A DNA stretch of 64,000 bases from an uncultured delta proteobacterium (GTDB taxonomy: Bacteria > Desulfobacterota > Binatia > DP-6), in the NCBI GenBank assembly GCA_963815115.1, contig CAWFFN010000012.1:150590-214589 (forward strand). Direction: 5' to 3'. Positions within the stretch are counted from its first letter, which is position 1, and each line of letters opens with the position of its first letter. Below are positions 57,321-64,000 of the stretch, one piece after another. Both the position numbers and the translations under genes were made by a program. The notes beneath the pieces are model-generated. The model ran no database searches. It was not told the origin of the DNA and worked only from the letters and a program-made list of their open reading frames with translations.

Positions 57321-58262
57321 ATGGCTGCACCGCCGCGTCCCCTCAGCCGCCCGGTTCGCTTCTTCTTCATGAATCTCGGGACCCTGATCGGGATCATCGT
57401 CTACTTCAACATCTGCGGGCCCGCTCCGTACCCGCTCGGCGCCGTGACGCACGCGCTGCGAACCGCCCTGGTCGTCCACACGATCTACATGGCGATCGCG
57501 CGCTGGCTGGGCGAGATGAAGCAGTTCGACGTCACCCTGTGGCTCCTGCTGGCAGTCGGCACGGTGGCGACCTACGCCGGCGCGACGTCGATCCTCTGGG
57601 CCTACCAGCACTACTCCCCGGCCATCCTGTTCACGGCGTTCGGGCTCACCGCGCTGCTTCCGCTGCTCTTCGGCCGGGAGCCGTTCACGGTGTACTACGG
57701 CGTACGGCAGGCGCCCAGGTGGCAGCACCGCACGCCGGCCTTCCTGGAGATCAGCCGGGTCATGGCGGGCTTCTGGGCCATCGTCTTCTTCACCGCCGCG
57801 GCGCTCTGCTTCGCCCGACCCACCGACCCGATGTTCACGGCGGTGTACGCCAACCTGGTGATCCTCGGCATCGGGTTGACGGCGGGCTTCTGGCTCCCGC
57901 CGCTCTACCTGAGGCTGTTCCCGCCCGCGATGCCCGACACGGCGGAGCCGATCATCATGGGGATGCCTCTCGCCTTCGACCGCTCCGCGGCGGGCGACGC
58001 GCGCGCCGTGATCCAGTTCCGGGTGAGCGGCGACGAGCCCGGCGACTACTGGCTGCGGGTCGCCGACGGCCGCTGCGAGAGCTTCGAGGGCATGGCCCCG
58101 TCGGCCGACCTCACCGTGCACACCCCCGGCCATGTCTGGGTGGGCGTCGTGCGCGGCGACGTCGACGGCACCCAGGCGCTCATGGAGGAGCGCTACCGGG
58201 TGGAAGGCGACGTCGCCCTGCTGCTCAAGCTGAACGAGTGGTTCCGCACCAACGGGAAGTAG
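57321..58262 (+). CDS. Polytopic membrane domain fused to a C-terminal SCP2 (sterol-carrier-like) domain
   Basis: C-terminal AVIQFRVSGDEPGDYWLRVADGRCE...MEERYRVEGDVALLLKLNEWF matches SCP2-fold patterns. An alternative start lies at 57369. Confidence 0.55.
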   Translation: MAAPPRPLSRPVRFFFMNLGTLIGIIVYFNICGPAPYPLGAVTHALRTALVVHTIYMAIARWLGEMKQFDVTLWLLLAVGTVATYAGATSILWAYQHYSPAILFTAFGLTALLPLLFGREPFTVYYGVRQAPRWQHRTPAFLEISRVMAGFWAIVFFTAAALCFARPTDPMFTAVYANLVILGIGLTAGFWLPPLYLRLFPPAMPDTAEPIIMGMPLAFDRSAAGDARAVIQFRVSGDEPGDYWLRVADGRCESFEGMAPSADLTVHTPGHVWVGVVRGDVDGTQALMEERYRVEGDVALLLKLNEWFRTNGK

Positions 58263-58373
58263 GGTCGCGATGACGACGGACACGCCGCCGGCGATGTGAC
58301 GGCCGCGGGGGCTGGCCGCGAGCGCGAGGCGCGTGCTACGACGGCGCACCCCGCGTACGAAAGGATCCTCCCG

Positions 58374-59351
58374 ATGGATTTCGCTGTCCAGCTCGGCGGC
58401 ATCGAGTTCGGCCGGCTGCGCGACGTCGCGCAGACGGTGGAAGGGCTCGGCTTCCGCACCATCTACTTCCCCGATCATCTCGTCGCCGAGGGACCGGAGC
58501 GGCAGGCGATGGGCGTGCCGGCCTTCGATCCCATGCTGCAGGCCGCGATCGTCGCCGACGCCACCAGGAAGCTGCGCGTCGGCCACCTGGTGCTGTGCAA
58601 CCTGTTCCGTCATCCAGCGGTGACGGCACGCAGCCTCGCCACCCTCGATCAGCTGTCCGGCGGCCGGATGGTCGCCGGGTTGGGCTCGGGCTGGACGGAG
58701 ACCGAATTCCGCATGACGGGCATCCCGTTCCCGGAGATCGGCGAGCGGCTGCGCATGCTGGACGAGGCGCTCACCTGCATCCGCGGGCTCTGGGGTCGCG
58801 AGCCGTTCACGTTCGATGGCGAGTTCTACAAGTTCGCCGCCGCCGACCTCTCGCCGCGCCCGGTGCAGGACCGCCCGTCGATCGTGCTCGGCGGCAGCGG
58901 CAAGGGACTGCTGCGGATCGCTGCGAAGCACGCCGACGTCGTCAACATCGTGAGCGAGACCGGCCGGGCGGGGTACATCGCGCTCGCCAACGCGATCAAG
59001 CTCTCCAGCGACACCTTCCGCGACAAGGTCCGATTCCTGCGCGCCGAGGCCGCGCGCGCCGGACGGGACGGCAATGCAATCCGGGTGAGCGCGGTGCTGT
59101 TCACGGTGCAGCTCACCGAGTCGCGCGCCGCCGCCGTGGCGACCATCGAGAGCCTCGCGGGCATGTTCGGCGTGTCGCCCGCCGCGCTCCTGGCCTCGCC
59201 GCTCTTCCTCGTCGGCACCCCCGAGGACTGCGTCGAGGAGCTGCGCCGCCGACAGCGCGACTGGGACGTGTCCGAGTTCGTGGTGTCCGGGATGAACAAC
59301 GTGCCCGATCTGCTCGAGCGCTTCGGGCGCGAGGTCATGCCGCACGTGTGA
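58374..59351 (+). CDS. LLM-class (luciferase-like) flavin/F420-dependent oxidoreductase
   Basis: MDFAVQLGG...YFPDHL and GLGSGW motifs. Confidence 0.75.
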   Translation: MDFAVQLGGIEFGRLRDVAQTVEGLGFRTIYFPDHLVAEGPERQAMGVPAFDPMLQAAIVADATRKLRVGHLVLCNLFRHPAVTARSLATLDQLSGGRMVAGLGSGWTETEFRMTGIPFPEIGERLRMLDEALTCIRGLWGREPFTFDGEFYKFAAADLSPRPVQDRPSIVLGGSGKGLLRIAAKHADVVNIVSETGRAGYIALANAIKLSSDTFRDKVRFLRAEAARAGRDGNAIRVSAVLFTVQLTESRAAAVATIESLAGMFGVSPAALLASPLFLVGTPEDCVEELRRRQRDWDVSEFVVSGMNNVPDLLERFGREVMPHV

Positions 59352-59391
59352 GGCTCCCTGGCGCGGCGCTCTGGCGTGCGCGCCCCCGCGG

Positions 59392-60789
59392 TCAGCCGAC
59401 CGGGCCCTGACGACCGCCGAGCGCCGGCAGCAGCTCGCGCGCCAGGAGGCGGAGCGTGCCCGGTTCGCCCCGGTCGTGCAGGAAGAAGACGAAGCTTCCG
59501 ACCCCGAGCCGCCGCCGCTCCTCGATGCGGCGCAGGATCGTCTCCGGCGTGCCGCAGTAGCCGCCCGCTTCGAAGCCCCAGCCCGGTCCGGGGAAGCGCC
59601 GCGCGGCGACTGCGCGCGCCTCGTCGACCCGGTCCTCTCGCGCGACCAGCGCGAGCACAGCCTCCTCGGTCACGAGCAGGCTCGTCGGGTCACGTCCTGC
59701 GACCGTGCACTCCCGGCGCAGCACCTCGAGCTTCCGGGGTAGCTCGGCCAGGGCATAGGTCGGGCAGTTCCAGACGTCGGCGTGGCGCGCGACCAGCGGG
59801 AGCGTCCGCCGCTCCCCGGCGCCGCCGATGTGGATCGGCGGGTGCGGGCGCTGCAGCGGGCGGGGCAGGCTCGGCGCCGCGTCGAGCCGGTAGTGCCGGC
59901 CATCGAACGTGGGTGCGTCCTGGGTGAACAGGACGCGCAGGACCTGGACGGCCTCCGCGAGCTGCTCCGCGCGCGTGCGCTCGGAAGGAAAGGGCAGGCC
60001 GAAGCGCGCGAACTCTTCCGGGTACGAGCCCGTTCCGAGCCCGAGGTCGAGCCGCCCGCCGCTGGCGTGATCGAGCGTCACGGCCATCTTTGCGAGCAGG
60101 GCGGGATGGCGGAACCCGTTTGCCAGCACGAGGTGGCCTAGGCGGATGCGCTCGGTCACCGCCGCGAGCGCCGTCGCGGTGGTCCAGGCCTCGAAGGACG
60201 GCACCGCCGCGAGACCGGGCGGATAGAGGTGGTCCATGAACCAGACCGAGTCGATGCCCTCGCGGTCACACAGGCGCACGCGCCCGCGCAGCTCGTCCCA
60301 GGTGAAGCCGACCTGCGGCAGGTAGACGCCGACCTCGACGGCTCGCGCCGCAGCGGCGTCGGGCGCCGGCAGCGGTCTTCCCATGCTGATGCGATCCTCG
60401 ACGGCGTATCCCAGGCGCTCGTAGAAGCGGACGACGTCGCGATTCTCTCCTTCGATCTGCAGGTTGATCTTGGGACACCCGAGCTGGCGGAGTCGCTGCT
60501 CGGCCTCCTGGACGAGGGCCCGCCCGACACCGCGGCGCTGGTGCTCGGGTGCGACGGCGACCCGGTAGAGCCAGCCGCGGTGCCCGTCGTAGCCGGCGAG
60601 CGTGGTTCCCACCAGCTCGGCTCCGGCGGTGGCGACCAGGAACAGCTCGGGCTGGCGGCGGCGCCGGCGCTCGATGATCTCCTCGGGCGCGCGCCAGCGC
60701 GAGTCGTCGCCGAAGACGCGACGCCAGAGCGCCGCGACGGCGGAGCCGTCGGCGCCGCGAAACTGGCGGATCTCGAGGTCGTCGGCCAT
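59392..60789 (-). CDS. GNAT acetyltransferase fused to an LLM-class oxidoreductase
   Basis: One continuous frame. N-terminal GNAT (RVAVAPEHQRRGVGRALV). The LLM part has FMDHLYP...GLGTGS. Confidence 0.6.
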   Translation of the reverse strand: MADDLEIRQFRGADGSAVAALWRRVFGDDSRWRAPEEIIERRRRRQPELFLVATAGAELVGTTLAGYDGHRGWLYRVAVAPEHQRRGVGRALVQEAEQRLRQLGCPKINLQIEGENRDVVRFYERLGYAVEDRISMGRPLPAPDAAAARAVEVGVYLPQVGFTWDELRGRVRLCDREGIDSVWFMDHLYPPGLAAVPSFEAWTTATALAAVTERIRLGHLVLANGFRHPALLAKMAVTLDHASGGRLDLGLGTGSYPEEFARFGLPFPSERTRAEQLAEAVQVLRVLFTQDAPTFDGRHYRLDAAPSLPRPLQRPHPPIHIGGAGERRTLPLVARHADVWNCPTYALAELPRKLEVLRRECTVAGRDPTSLLVTEEAVLALVAREDRVDEARAVAARRFPGPGWGFEAGGYCGTPETILRRIEERRRLGVGSFVFFLHDRGEPGTLRLLARELLPALGGRQGPVG

Positions 60790-62189
60790 CAGCGCGCCCG
60801 CTCGGCGGCGGCATCGGCGGCGGCCTCGCCGCCCCGCACGCAGTCCGGGATGCCGACGCCGCGATAGGCGGCGCCGGCGAGCGCCAGGCCCGGCAGCGCG
60901 GCGACCCGGCTCTCGATGGCGCGCACCTGTTCCAGGTGCCCGACGGCATACTGCGGCATCGCCCGCCGCCAGCGCTCGACGCGTGTCAGGACCGGCTCGG
61001 CCACGATCCCCAGCAGCGCGCGTAGCTCGCCGCGCACGGTGGCGACGAGGGCGTCGTCGTCGAGCTCGGCGAGATCCGGACGGCGCGCTCCGCCGACGAA
61101 CGCGCGCAGCAGCTCGTGGCCGGCGGGGGCCCGTCCCGGGTACTTCCGGCTGGCGAAGGTGCAGGCGAGCAGCGGGCGGCCCTCGGCGAAGGGCACGACG
61201 AAGCCGAATCCCCGCAGCTTGTCCGCCACGCCCGCGGCAGGGAACCCGAGGGTCACCGTCGCCGAGGAGGCGTACTCGATCGCCGCCAGCCCGCGTGCGA
61301 GCTCCGCGTCCAGCGGTGCGACCAGGCCGGCGGCGACGTGTGCCGGCGCCGCCAGGATCACCGACTCGGCGTCGAAGGTCCGGCCTGCGGCCGAAACCCT
61401 CCAGCGCCCACCGTCGCGCGCCAGCGACTGGACCGCCGCCCGCGTGCGAACCACCCCTTCGGGCAGGCGCTTCGCGACCGCCGCGACGAGCGCTCCCATG
61501 CCGTCCGCCGGCGCGACGAAGAGCCCGTAGCGAGCGCCCGCGCTGCCGCCCTTCGCCGTGCCGGCCCGCCGCAGCCCCAGGATCACGCTGCGGTGGGCGC
61601 GCTCCATCTCGAGGAAGCGAGGCATGGTCGCGGCGAGCGAGAGGCGCTCCGGGTCGGCGGTATAGATGCCGCCCACCAGCGGATCGGCCACGCGTTCGAG
61701 GGCCTCGACGCCGAGCCGGCGCCGCACGAACGCGCCGAGGCTCTCGTCGGCACCGGCGCCGCCGCGTGGCAGCACGAGGTCGAGCGCCATCCGGGCCTTG
61801 CCCCGCAGCGAGAAGATGGGCGAGCGTGCCAGCGGCCACAGCGCCGTCGGCGCGAGCAGGAGGAATCCATCGGGAAGCGCGTCCAGCCGGCCAGCGTGGA
61901 CCACGTAGGTGCGGCGGTCGCCCTCGCGCGTGCCGACCAGCCGGTCCGCGAGCCCGACTCGCTCGCACAGGGAGAGACCCCACGGCTTGTCGGTGATCAT
62001 CGAGTCGGCGCCGAGCTCGAGCACGAAGCCGCCATGGCGCTCCGTGCCGAGGCTCCCGCCGAGGCGCGCGGAGCCTTCGAGAAGCACGACGTCGAGCTCG
62101 GCGCCGGCGCGCGCGTGCTCGACGAGCCGGTGCGCGGCGGCGAGGCCGGCGATCCCGCCGCCCACGACCACGACGCGCCGGGCAGTCAC
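60789..62189 (-). CDS. hemY: Protoporphyrinogen/coproporphyrinogen III oxidase (HemY/CgoX family)
   Basis: VVVVGGGIAGLAAAHRL FAD motif. Family-typical C-terminus. GTG start overlapping the ferrochelatase stop. Confidence 0.8.
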   Translation of the reverse strand: MTARRVVVVGGGIAGLAAAHRLVEHARAGAELDVVLLEGSARLGGSLGTERHGGFVLELGADSMITDKPWGLSLCERVGLADRLVGTREGDRRTYVVHAGRLDALPDGFLLLAPTALWPLARSPIFSLRGKARMALDLVLPRGGAGADESLGAFVRRRLGVEALERVADPLVGGIYTADPERLSLAATMPRFLEMERAHRSVILGLRRAGTAKGGSAGARYGLFVAPADGMGALVAAVAKRLPEGVVRTRAAVQSLARDGGRWRVSAAGRTFDAESVILAAPAHVAAGLVAPLDAELARGLAAIEYASSATVTLGFPAAGVADKLRGFGFVVPFAEGRPLLACTFASRKYPGRAPAGHELLRAFVGGARRPDLAELDDDALVATVRGELRALLGIVAEPVLTRVERWRRAMPQYAVGHLEQVRAIESRVAALPGLALAGAAYRGVGIPDCVRGGEAAADAAAERAR

Positions 62190-63097
62190 GCCGCGTGTTC
62201 CCGCACCACCTCGGCCAGCATGCGGATGAAGAGCGGGTGGTCGTTCACGGTGCCGGCGCGCGCATAGGCGAGGCCGTGGCGGGCCGCCGTGGCGCGCGCC
62301 TCGACGTCGAGGTCGTAGAGCACCTCGACGTGGTCGCAGACGAAGCCGATCGGTTCCACCACCACCGCTCGCGTTCCCTCGCCCGCGAGCCGCTCGAGCG
62401 TGGCGCTGATGTCGGGCTCCAGCCACGGGTCGCGCGGGCTGCCGCTGCGGCTCTGGTACGCGATCTCCCACGCCGGCGCGTCGAGCCGCTCGGCCACGGC
62501 ACGCGCGGAGGCCTCGATCTCCGCGGCGTAGGGCGAATGGTCCGCGGCGGCGACGGGGATGCTGTGCGCCGTGAACACGAGCCGGGCCCCGGCACGCGCC
62601 TCCTCGGGCAGGGCGGCGCGCGCGGCTCGCACCCGCTCCGCGACCGCCTCGACGAAGAGCGGATGGACGTGCCACGAGCGCACGTAGCTCACCGCCGGCG
62701 CGCGCGGTCCGAGCGCGGCGCGCCCCTCCTCGACGCTCTCCAGGTAGCGCTCGCGGCTCGACTCGGTGGCATGCGGTGCCAGGATCACACCCGTCGCCCG
62801 GCGTACGCCGTCGAGCGCCATCTGCGCCAGCGTCGTCGCGAGGTAGGGCTCCCAGTTGCGCATGCCGACGTAGACCGGCCGGGTGCCGAGCACGCGGCGG
62901 AGCGCCTCCGCCTGCCGGAAGGTGAGCTCGTTCAGCGGCGAGCGCCCGCCGATGCGCTCGTAGTGGTGCGCCACCTCTTCCAGGCGATCGGCCGGGATCC
63001 TGCGTCCGCGTGTGACGTTCTCGAGGAAGGGACGGATCTCCTCCGGACGCGTGGGCCCGCCGAAGGCGATCAGCAGGACGGCGTCGGCGGACGCCAT
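62186..63097 (-). CDS. hemH: Ferrochelatase
   Basis: AVLLIAFGGPTRPEEIRPFLENV is the ferrochelatase N-terminal signature. Confidence 0.8.
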   Translation of the reverse strand: MASADAVLLIAFGGPTRPEEIRPFLENVTRGRRIPADRLEEVAHHYERIGGRSPLNELTFRQAEALRRVLGTRPVYVGMRNWEPYLATTLAQMALDGVRRATGVILAPHATESSRERYLESVEEGRAALGPRAPAVSYVRSWHVHPLFVEAVAERVRAARAALPEEARAGARLVFTAHSIPVAAADHSPYAAEIEASARAVAERLDAPAWEIAYQSRSGSPRDPWLEPDISATLERLAGEGTRAVVVEPIGFVCDHVEVLYDLDVEARATAARHGLAYARAGTVNDHPLFIRMLAEVVREHAA

Positions 63098-64000
63098 CAG
63101 CGCGCCGACAGCTCGTGGACCGCGTCGACCAGCGCCCGCGCGTGGTCGACGGGCGTCGAGGGCAGGACGCCGTGACCGAGGTTGAACACGTGCCCGGGCC
63201 GCCCCGCCGCCTGGCCGAGAATCGCGGCGGCGCGCCGCCGGATCTCGGGGACGGGCCCGAGCAGCGCGACGGGGTCGAGGTTGCCCTGCACGGCGACGTC
63301 GTGCCCGATGCGTGCCCAGGCCGCGTCGAGATCGACCCGCCAGTCGAGGCCGATCACGTCGCCTCCCGCGGCGCGCAGGCACTCGAGGAGGCCCGCGGTG
63401 CCGGTGCCGAAGTGGATCACCGGCACGCCCGGACGGACCCCGCGGATCAGCGCTGCACGTGGGGCAGCACGTGGGCGCGGTAGTCGGCCGGCGCGAGGCA
63501 GCCGACCCAGCTGTCGAACAGCTGTACCGCCTGCGCCCCGGCGTCGATCTGTGCGTTCAGGTAGCCGGTGACCGCGCGCGCCAGCGCCCCGAGCAGGGCG
63601 TCCCAGGCGCCCGGATCCGAGAACAGGAAGCGCTTCGTCGTCGCCCAGTCGTCCGAGCGGCCGCCCTCGATCAGGTACGATGCGAGCGTGAACGGCGCGC
63701 CCGCGAAGCCGATCAGGGGGATCTCCGACCGGAGCGCGGCGCGCGCCCGGCGCACCGTCTCGTAGACGAAGGCGAGCGCCTCGGGCTCGAACTCGCGGAG
63801 GCGGTCGACGTCCGCCGCGGTGCGCAGCGGGCGGTGGATCACCGGGCCGTCGCCCGCCGCGAACTCGAGCCCGACGCCCATCGGCTCGAGCACGAGCAGG
63901 ATGTCGGCGAAGAGGATCGCCGCGTCGACGCCGAGCTGCTCGACCGCATTGACCGTCACCTCGGCCGCGGCGTCGGGCGTCTTGCACAGCTCGAGGAAGC
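63097..64000 (-). pseudogene. hemE: Uroporphyrinogen decarboxylase with an apparent -1 frameshift near 63447; 5' end beyond the window
   Basis: N-terminal part (...[20 protein letters not shown]...HVLPHVQR*) and C-terminal part ([18 protein letters not shown]...) are both HemE-like but lie in different frames, joined at cagcgc|tgatccgc. Confidence 0.7.

Noticed and set aside
59392-61983. 863-aa minus-strand ORF
   Set aside because: Only the part below 60789 (GNAT-LLM) is protein-like. Upstream it is an out-of-frame shadow of hemY.

Overview
This is a 64 kb window of very high-GC (~72%) bacterial chromosome. I predict about 55 genes, densely packed, many joined by 4-nt ATGA/GTGA start/stop overlaps. 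Many long antisense shadow ORFs (R/A/G/P-rich) were rejected. Two secreted proteins carry the Myxococcus cysteine-rich repeat (CxxDGxxxxxEQCDDGNTLDGDCCSxxC), so the source is most likely Myxococcota-like; this is inferred from that one motif plus GC content. In coordinate order the window contains: (1) a cell-envelope sugar-modification operon: TPR membrane protein, YdjC/HpnK-like deacetylase, GNAT, GT2, small protein, GMC oxidoreductase, NAD-epimerase; (2) convergent to it, two tandemly duplicated ~3.1 kb units, each encoding a ~920-970 aa GT-C (GT39/ArnT-like) membrane glycosyltransferase-like protein, with a duplicated 3' fragment of the epimerase gene carried along; (3) a minimal tryptophan tryptophylquinone (TTQ) methylamine/aralkylamine dehydrogenase cluster (mauB-mauE-mauD-mauA plus a monoheme cytochrome c) with no mauG, mauF or amicyanin in the window; (4) a LysE exporter, an SDR, and two acyl-CoA synthetases; (5) a coupled operon: homocysteine S-methyltransferase, alpha/beta hydrolase, SCP-x-type thiolase, DUF35, a second thiolase-like protein, TIM-barrel isomerase; (6) an AmpG-type MFS transporter and an amidohydrolase; (7) two tandem ~1100 aa STAND/AAA_16 plus TPR NTPase paralogs that share an unassigned C-terminal domain; (8) an 884 aa secreted FG-GAP/PKD/beta-helix protein with a 23xPro linker; (9) an ExeA/GspB-like pair, an aminotransferase, an esterase, an aldehyde dehydrogenase, a CoA-transferase, LLM oxidoreductases, and a GNAT-LLM fusion; (10) a hemE-hemH-hemY block. 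Two genes, P-II glnB and hemE, carry single-base frameshifts. No rRNA, tRNA, CRISPR array or mobile element was recognised.
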